NCBI GenBank assembly: GCA_002498365.1
Contig: DAHB01000004.1
Coordinates: 123,666 to 187,665 of the forward strand
Length of the DNA: 64,000 bases
From: Methanomassiliicoccaceae archaeon UBA421
GTDB lineage: Archaea; Thermoplasmatota; Thermoplasmata; Methanomassiliicoccales; Methanomethylophilaceae
Direction of reading: 5' to 3'
The translations under genes were made by a program, and so were the position numbers. Below, one piece after another: positions 8,962 to 18,739 of the stretch; position 1 is the stretch's first letter, and every line of letters begins with the position of its first letter. The notes below the pieces were generated by a model. The model was given only the letters and a program-made list of their open reading frames with translations. It did no database searches and was not told the origin of the DNA.

Positions 8962-11052
8962 TTAGGCTCCGCATGGCGCCCCGCCGGTGGCCCTGTCCTG
9001 TTCCGACAAGGGTTCGGGTTCGGGTTCGGGCTCTGGCTCCTTCCGAGGCTTGATGGGAGGCTTGACCTCCACTTTATCGACTTTGCTCTCGTACTTGGGC
9101 GGGCGCTCCAGCTTCCTCACCGTGGACTTTCCCTCGGGGGTCAGCGGCAACAGCTTTTCCAGATACTGGGTCTTCATTGGGCAGTCGACGAAGGCGTACT
9201 CCAGGACGTCGCGCAGGTTCGAGACCGAATAGATATCCATCATGTCATAGAACCTGTCCTCGATGAGGACGTCCTTCACGTTGCTCTCGGGTATGAGGGC
9301 CATCTTGATGCCTGAGGCCGCCGCCGCCTCCAGCTTCGCTGTGACCGCGCCTATCGGAAGCACCTGTCCCCTGACATTTAGGCTTCCGGTCATCGCCAGG
9401 TCCTGGCGTATCGGAATGTTCTCCATAGCGGATATTATGACCGTGGCCATCGTGATCGATGCGCTGTCACCTTCGACGCCTGAATATGTCCCTATGTACT
9501 GGAGGTGGATGTCGCTGTCGGTAAGGTTGGTCATGGTATATTTCTTGATGACCGCCGATATGTTGTCGACGGCCTCCTTGGCTATGACGCCCAACTGGCC
9601 GGTGGCGACTATGCGTCCTCCCTTCTTGATCTGCGCCGGAGTGACCTCGGCGACTATCGGCAGGACTATGCCCGCGAATTCGGACATCTCCGAATCGGAG
9701 TTCATGGCTGCGAGGCCGTTGATCATTCCCACCGTGGACCCCTCTGTCTTGAACAGGGTGTATGCCTTGTTGGCCTCGACGTAGCGGTCAGCTATCTGCT
9801 GCTCCAGGCCGCGTGCCGAAGACTTGGCCTCCAGGACGTCTTCCTTTGTGACGACCGATGCCTTCCTCTTCACGGCGACGTCTCCCGAGACGCGGATGAG
9901 CCCCCCTAGCTCCCTGAGCCTGAGAGTAAGCTCCCCGCGCCTTCCGGCGCGGCGCTGGGCCTCTTTGATTATCTCGCCCACGGCATACCTGTCGAAGTGG
10001 GGGATCTTGGCGTCCTTCCTAACCTCCTGTGCCACGAACCTGGAGATGTCGGTGCGGTTGGCGTCGGTGTCCTTCATGGTGTTGCGCATGTAGACCTCGT
10101 AACCGTATCCCCTGATCCTCGACCTTAGGGCGGGGTGCATGCCCTTGAGGGCGTCAAGGTTGCCTGCGCAAACCAAAATGAAGTCGCAGGGCACGGGTTC
10201 AGATTTGACCAATGCTCCGGACGAGCGTTCGGACTGGCCGGTTATCGACATCTTCCTCTCCTGCATCGCGGTGAGGAGGGCCTGCTGGGACTCCATCCTC
10301 AGCATATTTATCTCGTCTATGAACAGGACTCCCTTGTTTGCCTTGTGTATGTCACCTGGCTCTATCCTGTCGTGAGAAGGGGTCTCGAGACCTCCGGACT
10401 GGAACGGGTCATGCCTAACGTCCCCGAGCAATGCTCCGGCGTGGGCGCCTGTGGCGTCCACGAACGGGGGCGTGTCCCCGGGATCATGTCCGACGAGGAC
10501 CTTGGGGACGATTATGATCTCGTTCTTCTGGTTGGGGTTCCTGAGGAACAGCAGTATGATGAACACGCTGAACAGGGAGATGAACATTATCGTCCAGTTG
10601 TTGAAGAATATGGACCCCATCAGACCAAGGATGATGATCAACATGCTGACATAGATGTACATCGAGCTCTTCTGGTTCTTAATGGCGGCCGCATGGGCCT
10701 TCTGCTCGGCCACGATGGCCTTGCCCTTCCCGGACGGGAGCGTCCTTATCCTGGGCTCGTTGAAGTCCTCGGGGTTGTGATAGGCCACCACGTCCTGGAG
10801 GTCTTCCTTCGGAAGGTACTCCACCATGGAGTTGGCCAGCATTGACTTTCCGGTACCGGGCTCGCCTATGAGCATCACGTGCCTTTTCTGAGAGGCTGCC
10901 TTCTTCATGACCTCAACGGCAACATCCTGACCGATTACACGGTCGGAAATCTTCTCCGGTATGACTATATCTTCGGTGGATTTGAAGGTCTGCCTGTCGA
11001 TCCACTTCTCTATAGGTTCGTCGGTCGGCTTCTCTTCTATCATATTTTCCAT
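8962..11052 (-). CDS. lonB: archaeal membrane-bound Lon protease (LonB)
   Basis: Walker A GEPGTGKS, two TM helices inserted in the AAA+ module, and a C-terminal Lon protease domain. The ATG at 11052 (MENMIEE) follows a TATA-like box. The C-terminal tail contains PEPEPEPEP. Confidence 0.9.
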   Translation of the reverse strand: MENMIEEKPTDEPIEKWIDRQTFKSTEDIVIPEKISDRVIGQDVAVEVMKKAASQKRHVMLIGEPGTGKSMLANSMVEYLPKEDLQDVVAYHNPEDFNEPRIRTLPSGKGKAIVAEQKAHAAAIKNQKSSMYIYVSMLIIILGLMGSIFFNNWTIMFISLFSVFIILLFLRNPNQKNEIIIVPKVLVGHDPGDTPPFVDATGAHAGALLGDVRHDPFQSGGLETPSHDRIEPGDIHKANKGVLFIDEINMLRMESQQALLTAMQERKMSITGQSERSSGALVKSEPVPCDFILVCAGNLDALKGMHPALRSRIRGYGYEVYMRNTMKDTDANRTDISRFVAQEVRKDAKIPHFDRYAVGEIIKEAQRRAGRRGELTLRLRELGGLIRVSGDVAVKRKASVVTKEDVLEAKSSARGLEQQIADRYVEANKAYTLFKTEGSTVGMINGLAAMNSDSEMSEFAGIVLPIVAEVTPAQIKKGGRIVATGQLGVIAKEAVDNISAVIKKYTMTNLTDSDIHLQYIGTYSGVEGDSASITMATVIISAMENIPIRQDLAMTGSLNVRGQVLPIGAVTAKLEAAAASGIKMALIPESNVKDVLIEDRFYDMMDIYSVSNLRDVLEYAFVDCPMKTQYLEKLLPLTPEGKSTVRKLERPPKYESKVDKVEVKPPIKPRKEPEPEPEPEPLSEQDRATGGAPCGA

Positions 11053-11105
11053 CTTTATTCCTCTTAAATTAGTATGCACTCGTATATAAATATTACTAAA
11101 TTTGA

Positions 11106-12083
11106 TCACTGACGCCTAGCGAAAAACGCCAACGCTACGCAGAGAACAGCTATTATGCTTATTATAACTATGTCCCCCCCGTGCTTCTCCAGAAAGGTGG
11201 GCTCGACGGGGGCCTCTGCAGGCCTGATGTACAGTTCCGGCGGGTTGACCACTGAACTTGTTTCCATGAACCCTGAGATATCTGGGTCATGGGATGCCGC
11301 AAATGTATAGTCTGTGTTGTACCCGTGGTCGTTAGAGGCTTTCATCAGATAGTGGGCTGTGTTTTTCTCCTCGTTGAGCCCCACGTCCGCCCCGTACCAT
11401 CCCTCGGAACCTTCCACTGCGTTCCATGCATGCGGATAAGATCCGTCTGGGTCATTGAGCATTCCGCATACGACGGCAACATTGTATGATGCGACCGAGC
11501 TGTCAGCGCAATACTTCACGGCGGCGGCGAAACCGAAGCTGTTGGCCTTTCCGAGCACCATCGCCCCGTATGCGGTGTAGTAAAGGAGATTATCTGTGTC
11601 CTCGGTGTATTCGGAAAAGCTCCTGAGCTTTGAATCGATCAGCATCATCGCCTCCGAAACGGAAGTGTCGGTCTGTATCCCGATGCTCCCGGCGAAATCC
11701 GCCATCGATTGACCGTAGGACGCCGAATCCACGTCCGGAAGCGAGAACGTCACCGTCTTTGCGGCCGGGTCGTACACATATGCTCCGGCCAGGTCGGCAG
11801 GCATCTTTAATAGCCAGATCTTCCCGGGGTCGTCAAGGTAGGCGGCCGCGACGGCATGCTTGACCGAATCTGCGTCAGCTTCAGCGGCAAGCGTTGCGGA
11901 CCATCCGTTCTCAGAGGAGGGGACGGTCGATATTACATCGTACACTGCTTTCTCCTCGTCGTCGAGCTGCGAATAATATGAAGTGAAATTCGCCGTCCCG
12001 GCTTCCGAGCTATCGGCTGTGACAAGCGGAAGGAACAGAAGCGGCGATACAAAAACCAGGGCGAGAAGGGCCTTATTATCCAT
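11106..12083 (-). CDS. secreted/membrane-anchored protein with a possible transglutaminase-like core
   Basis: N-terminal signal-like segment, C-terminal TM helix, and a HAWNAV...WYGADV segment resembling the His/Asp part of the transglutaminase-like fold. Confidence 0.5.
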   Translation of the reverse strand: MDNKALLALVFVSPLLFLPLVTADSSEAGTANFTSYYSQLDDEEKAVYDVISTVPSSENGWSATLAAEADADSVKHAVAAAYLDDPGKIWLLKMPADLAGAYVYDPAAKTVTFSLPDVDSASYGQSMADFAGSIGIQTDTSVSEAMMLIDSKLRSFSEYTEDTDNLLYYTAYGAMVLGKANSFGFAAAVKYCADSSVASYNVAVVCGMLNDPDGSYPHAWNAVEGSEGWYGADVGLNEEKNTAHYLMKASNDHGYNTDYTFAASHDPDISGFMETSSVVNPPELYIRPAEAPVEPTFLEKHGGDIVIISIIAVLCVALAFFARRQ

Positions 12084-12168
12084 TTCGCCATTATATTGTC
12101 AGGTAATAATTAACGATTGTGCAAAATGCTTCGATAAGGGTTAATTATCGCGTCCCATATGCCCGCGC

Positions 12169-14400
12169 ATGAGATTCGATGAGCTCGACGTTCCCGACAA
12201 CGTAGCCGACGCGTTGCGGGAACACGGCTTTATCGAGCTTCATCCTCCCCAGGCCGCGGCCCTTCCTATTGCCCTGGAGGGCCACAGCCTGGTCGTTTCG
12301 GTGCCCACCGCTTCCGGCAAATCTCTCATTGGTTACATTCCGGCGATGAAGAAGGTCATCAACGAACGCAAAAGGGTCCTTTACATCGTACCCCTCAAAG
12401 CGTTGGCTTCCGAGAAAAAAGACGACCTGGAATCCTTCTCGCACCTGGGCTTCACCGTGGCCATGAGCACGGGTGACCTAGACTCGGACGACCGGGGGAT
12501 AAAGGATGCCGACATTGTCGTGGCGACGTCTGAGAAGGCGGATTCGATGATCCGTCACGGAAGCAGATGGATCGATTCGGTGGGACTCGTCATAGCCGAC
12601 GAGATCCACATGATCCACGACCCGGGAAGGGGGCCCACCCTCGAGGTGGCACTTACCAAACTAATGAGGAGGAATCCCGGCCTCCAGATAATCGCCCTGT
12701 CCGCGACCATTTCCAACGCGGAAGACCTGGCACTTTGGCTGGACGCCAAACTTGTGAGGAGCGACTGGCGCCCGGTACCGCTGAGGGAGGGCGTGTTCTT
12801 CGACGGGGAGATAACCTTCGACGACATGAAGAAAAAAGAAGTTCCTGCCGAAAAGGACGAGATATGGGCACTGATGAAACAGACCATCAGGGAAGGGGGG
12901 CAGTGCCTCGTTTTCGTCAACGCGCGCAGGTCCACGGAATCCTTGGCGGCCAAGTTCTCTCCCAATGTTGCCGAATATGCGGGCAGGAACCTTTCCAAGC
13001 AAGACACGGACCTTCTCGAAGGAGGTTCGGAACCCACATCGCTGGGGAAAAAGCTGGCACTTTGCGTTTCATCCGGTACGGCGTTCCACAACGCGGGCCT
13101 TACGTACAGGCAGAGGAAGTACGTTGAGGACAACTTCAGAAGCGGGAACATCAAATGCATAGTCGCGACGCCCACTCTGGCGGCGGGAATAAACCTGCCT
13201 GCCAGGAGGGTGATCGTCAGAGATACCGGCAGGTTCGAGTCCAACGCAGGGATGGTGCCCATATCCGTAATGGAGGTTAAGCAGATGTGCGGCCGGGCGG
13301 GAAGGCCGGGGTACGACCCCTACGGAGAGGCTGTGCTAATCGCGAAGAATCAACGCGACAGCGACCGCCTCATGTACGATTACATAATGCACGACACCGA
13401 GCGCCTTACATCCAAGCTCGGCAACGAGGTCACGCTGAGGAGCCACATCCTTGGCCTTGTAGCCACTGGCGACGCCTCCTCGGACGACGACATAGTAGAG
13501 TTCCTTCATTCGACGTTCTATGGCAGCACTTCCTCCCTGTTCGGTGTGGAAAGCGTGGTGGAGAAGGTCACGGATTTTCTGGCCAGGGAGGAGATGGTGG
13601 AGAAGAACGGCGGCTCGCTGAGGATACTGCCCTTCGGAAAAAGGATCTCCGACCTTTACATCGACCCGAAGTCCGCGGTGATACTCAGGGATGCGGTTAA
13701 GAACATGAAGGACGGCACCGAAGTGTTCTCGATACTGCTGGCGGCCGCCCTGACCCCCGATGTTATGGGACTCTATCCGAAGAAGAGTGACGAGCCCAGG
13801 CTCACCGCCCTGGCGGACGAGTACGAGAGTAAGTGCCTCTTCGATCCTTTCGAAGACCCGGAGTTCAATTACGAGGTGTTCATGGGCGCCCTCAAGGTGT
13901 CTGCGATGACAGAGGACTGGATATCCGAGGTTCCCGAAGACGCAATGACCGAGGCCATGGGCATAGGCCCCGGAGACATAAGGTCGAGGGTGGACATGAT
14001 GGACTGGATCATGTACTCGATGAGCGAGATCGCGTTCATAATGAGGCCCGACTCGGTAAGAGCTATCAGGCCGCTGCTTACGAGGATAAGATACGGCGTG
14101 AAAGAGGAACTGATCGACCTGGTATCGTTCCGCGGCGTCGGCAGGACGAGGGCGAGGATACTTTACGACGCGGGATACCGCAACAGGACAGACATCATGT
14201 CAGCTGACGAAAAGAAGCTGGCCTCTCTCCAGCGCATTGGGCCGTCACTGGCGAAAAGCCTAAAGAACCAGGCCGGCGGTTCTTCGGGAAAAGGCACCCC
14301 GGTCCCGGATTGGGACCCTGAGGCCGAGGACCTGGACGCCATGGCCGAAGAATTAAGCGTGGAAAAGGTTTCCAAGCAGTCCAACCTGCTGGACTTCTGA
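12169..14400 (+). CDS. hel308: Hel308 / Ski2-like DNA helicase
   Basis: PTASGKS Walker A, DEIH box, SAT, the GRAGRPG motif, and a C-terminal HhH-like domain; 743 aa. Confidence 0.9.
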   Translation: MRFDELDVPDNVADALREHGFIELHPPQAAALPIALEGHSLVVSVPTASGKSLIGYIPAMKKVINERKRVLYIVPLKALASEKKDDLESFSHLGFTVAMSTGDLDSDDRGIKDADIVVATSEKADSMIRHGSRWIDSVGLVIADEIHMIHDPGRGPTLEVALTKLMRRNPGLQIIALSATISNAEDLALWLDAKLVRSDWRPVPLREGVFFDGEITFDDMKKKEVPAEKDEIWALMKQTIREGGQCLVFVNARRSTESLAAKFSPNVAEYAGRNLSKQDTDLLEGGSEPTSLGKKLALCVSSGTAFHNAGLTYRQRKYVEDNFRSGNIKCIVATPTLAAGINLPARRVIVRDTGRFESNAGMVPISVMEVKQMCGRAGRPGYDPYGEAVLIAKNQRDSDRLMYDYIMHDTERLTSKLGNEVTLRSHILGLVATGDASSDDDIVEFLHSTFYGSTSSLFGVESVVEKVTDFLAREEMVEKNGGSLRILPFGKRISDLYIDPKSAVILRDAVKNMKDGTEVFSILLAAALTPDVMGLYPKKSDEPRLTALADEYESKCLFDPFEDPEFNYEVFMGALKVSAMTEDWISEVPEDAMTEAMGIGPGDIRSRVDMMDWIMYSMSEIAFIMRPDSVRAIRPLLTRIRYGVKEELIDLVSFRGVGRTRARILYDAGYRNRTDIMSADEKKLASLQRIGPSLAKSLKNQAGGSSGKGTPVPDWDPEAEDLDAMAEELSVEKVSKQSNLLDF

Positions 14401-15618
14401 TCAGAGGGAAAGTATCCTTTCCACATCGGCGACCGAGTTGGCGCACTTTATCGGCGGTTCGCTGTACTTGACCGCGGTGTCCGGGTCCTTGAGGCCGTTT
14501 CCGGTGCAGATGGCCACGACCCTCTCGTCTCTGTCGATGATGCCCTGCTCCCTGAGCTTCAGCACCCCTGCGACGGAAGCTGCCGAGGCCGGCTCGACGA
14601 ACACGCCCTCCTTCCTGGCAGTGAGCTTCTGGGCGTTGATGATCTCCTCGTCCGTAACCGTGGCGGAGTATCCTCCGGTTTTATACATCGCCGTCAGGGC
14701 CTTCCTGCCGCTGACCGGGTTTCCGATGCGGATCGCGGTGGCGAGGGTCTCGGGGTTCTCCACCGGGACGAAATCCTCTTCATGATTTCCGAAAGCCTTC
14801 GCGACGGGGCTGGAACCTTCTGCCTGAATACCCGTGAGCATCGGCATCCGATCTATCCATCCGACCTCTTCGAGCTCGGTAAGGGCCTTGTAAACGGCCC
14901 AGATGTTGGCCGCATTGCCTACGGGCAGGACTATCCTGTCCGGCACGCCGTATTCAAGCTGGTCCATTATCTCGAATAGAACTGACTTCTGGCCTTCGGG
15001 GCGGTAGGGGTTGATCGAATTAAGAAGATAAATCTTCCTCTCATCGGCCATCTTCCTGGCCAGTGCCAGTGCGTCGTCGAAGTTTCCGTCGACCGAAAGG
15101 ACCTTGGCACCGTAGAACAGCGCCTGTGCGAGTTTGCCCGCGGCCACTTTGCCCGATGGAAGGAATACGGCGCACTTGATCCCCGCCTTGGCCGCGTAGG
15201 CGGCCAGGGAAGCGGAGGTATTTCCCGTGGAAGCGCAGCCGACGACCTTGGCGTCCAGCTCCTTGGCGCGGGTGACTCCGACGGTCATCCCGCGGTCCTT
15301 GAACGAGCCCGTGGGGTTCAGCCCTTCGAACTTGACGAACATCTCCTTTACCCCCGCCTTTTCCGCTAGGGCGTCAGTCTTGTAGAGGGGTGTGCCGCCT
15401 TCCTGTATGGATATCTTATGGGCGGGGTCTACGGGCAGGAAGTCCGAATACCTCCAGACTCCCAGAGGCTCTTTCCTCAGGTCCGACGGTTTTTTCTCCT
15501 TGACCTTCTCCAGGTCCATCTCCACGGTGAGCAGCCCGCCGCATCTGGGACATGTGCTTACGAAGGGATCTTCCACCGTCGCTCCGCAGTCCCAGCACAT
15601 TACTTTATGATTTTCCAT
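14401..15618 (-). CDS. thrC: threonine synthase
   Basis: N-terminal Zn-ribbon (C..C...C..C), the PLP lysine motif SFKDRG, and a GNTS/GNAAN pattern. Confidence 0.9.
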   Translation of the reverse strand: MENHKVMCWDCGATVEDPFVSTCPRCGGLLTVEMDLEKVKEKKPSDLRKEPLGVWRYSDFLPVDPAHKISIQEGGTPLYKTDALAEKAGVKEMFVKFEGLNPTGSFKDRGMTVGVTRAKELDAKVVGCASTGNTSASLAAYAAKAGIKCAVFLPSGKVAAGKLAQALFYGAKVLSVDGNFDDALALARKMADERKIYLLNSINPYRPEGQKSVLFEIMDQLEYGVPDRIVLPVGNAANIWAVYKALTELEEVGWIDRMPMLTGIQAEGSSPVAKAFGNHEEDFVPVENPETLATAIRIGNPVSGRKALTAMYKTGGYSATVTDEEIINAQKLTARKEGVFVEPASAASVAGVLKLREQGIIDRDERVVAICTGNGLKDPDTAVKYSEPPIKCANSVADVERILSL

Positions 15619-15619
15619 A

Positions 15620-16552
15620 TCAGATCCTCCTGCAACCTACGCCGCAATCGGTGACCCATGTGTCACAACCTATACCCGCATCCACGAAAACGGTTTTCAT
15701 GCTTTCCGCTATTATCTTTCCGTCATGGGTGTTCTTGTCATAGAAAGACATCACGCAGGGCCCGGAACCTCCAAGAAAAGAGGCCAGAGCGCCGTGGGAC
15801 ATCGCCGCGGACTCTGCCTCCTTCAGGTGTGGTACGAAGTGGCTGCGGAAGGGTTCCGAAACAAGGTCCTGAACGGACCTTCCGATAAGTCCCAGATCTC
15901 CGGTGTCCATCCCATGGACCAGACATGCCGCATTTCCTGCGTGGAATACAAGATGCTTGAGGGGCACCTCTTTCGGTATGACCTTCCTTGCTTCCTTGGT
16001 CTCCACATATATGTCGGGAAGCGCGACCACCAGCCCCAGGTTCTCCGGGGGCCTGACGGATATCATCTCGAAGGGCTCGTAAGACCGTATGACGGTGAAT
16101 CCCCCGACTATGCATGGCGCCACATTATCGGCGTGGAAACCTCCGGACGTCACGTCCTCGGCATGGGCGGCGCAAAGGACCAGTTCGGTCTGGCTGAGCT
16201 TCTCCCCGCACATCAGATGTGCCAGATATGCTCCCCCTGCGGCAGATGCACCGGATGATCCGATACCGCTGCCCGGCCTGATCCCTTTTCTGATCCTGAA
16301 CTCTATCCCGAACTTCTCCCCCGACCTTCTCAGTACCTCGGCGGCGGCGATGCACACCGAGTTCTTTTCGGGGTCGGTAGGGATGATCTCGCTGCCCGGA
16401 CCGGATATTTCCGAAATAATAAGACCGGACTCCGTCCTCCTGCCTTCTATCACATCATAAGGTTCCATAAGGGCGAGCCCGAAAGTGTCGAACCCTGGCC
16501 CTATGTTGGAGGTGGTGGCCGGTGCCGCCACTTTGATCCATTCGTTTTTCAT
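15620..16552 (-). CDS. thrB: homoserine kinase
   Basis: GHMP kinase motifs: PATTSNIGPGFD and GSGIGSSGAS. The start was set at MKNEWIKV; the longer ORF to 16840 is an untranslated extension. Confidence 0.88.
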   Translation of the reverse strand: MKNEWIKVAAPATTSNIGPGFDTFGLALMEPYDVIEGRRTESGLIISEISGPGSEIIPTDPEKNSVCIAAAEVLRRSGEKFGIEFRIRKGIRPGSGIGSSGASAAGGAYLAHLMCGEKLSQTELVLCAAHAEDVTSGGFHADNVAPCIVGGFTVIRSYEPFEMISVRPPENLGLVVALPDIYVETKEARKVIPKEVPLKHLVFHAGNAACLVHGMDTGDLGLIGRSVQDLVSEPFRSHFVPHLKEAESAAMSHGALASFLGGSGPCVMSFYDKNTHDGKIIAESMKTVFVDAGIGCDTWVTDCGVGCRRI

Positions 16553-16672
16553 CTGAACGCGTCCTGGAAAGATTCCTTCGGTCTGCCGTACCGCGCAGTA
16601 TTTGATAAACTTTATCCGCTCGGCCACGGACAGGTGGGCAAAATTAAAACCGTGGTCGGGATATCGGTCCCT

Positions 16673-17137
16673 ATGGCCGCCCTCAGAGTGATAGGCATCA
16701 GATGCGAAAAGCCTCCTGAAGAGGTTGCGGAGCACTTCATCTCCATAGGGGTCGAGGCCGTTGTCTTCGATCCGGACTTCATATGCGGCGCCGACCACGC
16801 GATCTCTTCGTACATGCACGCCGAGAGGGCGTTCTTGCAAGGGACCCAGAGGTCCAGGGGAATACTGACGGAGACGATCCTTTACGCATCGGCCGACAGA
16901 CAGATCGGCCGAGCTCTCAAGAAGATGGGCCCCAAGGTCGGGGACAATGCCTTCGTTGTTCTCATAATAGGAGAATTGGACGACCTGGCACTTTCGGATA
17001 TAGATGCGGAGAGGGACGATTCCCTAGTGGACTGTACCGAAGAGTCGGCCCGTAATATGGGGCTGTATAAAAGCTCCATCCCATACACAGACCTTATCCT
17101 AGAGCGGATAGCCTCCGTGGACATCATGAAGTATTGA
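16673..17137 (+). CDS. cgi121: KEOPS complex subunit Cgi121
   Basis: The pattern ADHAISS..HAERAF..G...S......E.ILYASADRQI..A matches remembered archaeal Cgi121. Start taken at MAALRVIGIRC. Confidence 0.7.
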   Translation: MAALRVIGIRCEKPPEEVAEHFISIGVEAVVFDPDFICGADHAISSYMHAERAFLQGTQRSRGILTETILYASADRQIGRALKKMGPKVGDNAFVVLIIGELDDLALSDIDAERDDSLVDCTEESARNMGLYKSSIPYTDLILERIASVDIMKY

Positions 17138-17166
17138 AAAAGAAGTAAAAGGTTTGATGGGTCTTT

Positions 17167-17571
17167 TCAAAGGTCGGGAACGAACTTGAACCCGTAGTGT
17201 ATCACGCCGGAAGCACCGTCTTCGTCCAGTTTGCGAAGGACGGAGCGCACGCGCATGCCTATCTCGATCTTCAAGAGGTCCACGTCGACGAGCTGGCCGG
17301 ATATCAGCAGTCCGTCGTCGGTCCTGACCATAGCTACCGCATACGGCTTCAGGCTCCTGTTGCAGTCCGGGGCCTCATGTATCACCGAGAAAGTGAACAC
17401 CTTTCCTTTCCTGGACACCTGATAGGGGTGCATCTTGCCGAACCCGTTCCTCCTGCAGAAGGGGCACATGCTGCGCTTGGGGAAGTATTTCCTGTTGCAG
17501 TTTCCGCACTCCGATCCCTCCAGGTTGTATCTGGCGGGAATCTCCCTCCACTCTTTTGCCACTGTTGCCAT
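17167..17571 (-). CDS. DUF35 Zn-ribbon/OB-fold protein (scaffold of the thiolase/HMG-CoA synthase complex)
   Basis: C..C...C..C rubredoxin-like knuckle followed by an OB-fold segment. ATGA-coupled to the thiolase gene. Confidence 0.85.
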   Translation of the reverse strand: MATVAKEWREIPARYNLEGSECGNCNRKYFPKRSMCPFCRRNGFGKMHPYQVSRKGKVFTFSVIHEAPDCNRSLKPYAVAMVRTDDGLLISGQLVDVDLLKIEIGMRVRSVLRKLDEDGASGVIHYGFKFVPDL

Positions 17572-18734
17572 CAGATCGCCTCCAGTATGCTGACGGTGAC
17601 GGCGGAGCCTGTGCCTCCGACGGACTGGGCAAGCCCGTATTTCGCGTTGGCGACCTGCCTCTTGTCAGCCTTGTTCCTGAGCTGGTCGGCGATCTCGACC
17701 ACCTGTGCGACGCCCGATGCGCCGACCGGGTAGCCTCTTGCCTTCAGCCCTCCCGATGTGTTCACGGCTATCTTGCCGCCGATCTCTACCTGTCCCTCGA
17801 GTACAGCCTTTCCCGCGTCTCCCTTCTTGAAGAAGCCGAGGTCCTGGAGGGCCATTATGCCTCCGACGGTGTAGTCGTCGTGGACCTCCGCGACGGAGAT
17901 ATCCTTAGGCTCTATCCCCGCTATCCTGTATGCTTCCTTCGCCGCCGCGGTGGTGGCCTTGAAGGTGGTTATATCTTCTCTCTGGAAAAGTGCCAGAGTA
18001 TCGCTTGCCTGACATGCGGCCACGACTTTGACGTAGTCTACGCCCATCTTCTTCGCGACGTCCAGCGGCACCATGACCACGGCGGCGGCCCCGTCGGAAT
18101 ACGGGGCGCAGTCGAACACGTTCAGTGGCTCGGCCACGGGGCCTGACCTGAGGACCGTGTCCAATGTGATCGGGCTCTTGTACTGGGCGTTGGGATTGAG
18201 GGCTCCGTGCTTGTGCGCGTTCACCGCGAAAGATGCTATCTCCTCACGGGTTGCGGTGCCTTCGTAGATCAGGCGCCTGGTTATCATGGCGTACAGCGAC
18301 GTGAGCGTGAGGCCCATCGAGGCCTCCCACTCGGCATCGGCGGTGCTGTCCATGACCGATGCCGTGGATGCGTCGTCCAGGTCCGTCATCTTTTCCGCTC
18401 CTCCCACGAGGACCGCCTCGTGCATTCCGGACGCGACCGCCATGACCCCCTGTCTGAAAGCCACTCCTCCCGATGCCCCTCCTGCCTCGGTCCTTACGGC
18501 GGGGACGTTCCTGGTGGCCATTCCCGAATAGTCGGCGATCAGAGCATCTATGTGCTGCTGGTTGATGAAGCGGGAGGACATGTTCCCGATGAATATCCCG
18601 TCCACCTCGGAACCGGACATGCCGGCGTCCTCGATGGCTTTTATGCCCGCTTCTATGCCTATCGACCTAAAGGATTTGTCCCAAAGCTCACCGAATTTGG
18701 TGACGCCTGTACCAACAATTGCTACTTCTCTCAT
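17571..18734 (-). CDS. acetyl-CoA acetyltransferase (archaeal thiolase)
   Basis: Thiolase-like fold, MREVAIVGTG..KFG N-terminus, and the C-terminal GLAQSVGGTGS pattern. An alternative GTG start lies at 18743. Confidence 0.88.
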   Translation of the reverse strand: MREVAIVGTGVTKFGELWDKSFRSIGIEAGIKAIEDAGMSGSEVDGIFIGNMSSRFINQQHIDALIADYSGMATRNVPAVRTEAGGASGGVAFRQGVMAVASGMHEAVLVGGAEKMTDLDDASTASVMDSTADAEWEASMGLTLTSLYAMITRRLIYEGTATREEIASFAVNAHKHGALNPNAQYKSPITLDTVLRSGPVAEPLNVFDCAPYSDGAAAVVMVPLDVAKKMGVDYVKVVAACQASDTLALFQREDITTFKATTAAAKEAYRIAGIEPKDISVAEVHDDYTVGGIMALQDLGFFKKGDAGKAVLEGQVEIGGKIAVNTSGGLKARGYPVGASGVAQVVEIADQLRNKADKRQVANAKYGLAQSVGGTGSAVTVSILEAI

Positions 18735-18739
18735 CTTAA

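Noticed and set aside
16553-16840. A 96-codon N-terminal extension of the thrB ORF.
   Set aside because: The homoserine kinase homology starts at MKNEWIKVAAPATTSNIGPGFD. The extension has no coding character and overlaps the start of the divergent cgi121 gene and its promoter region.
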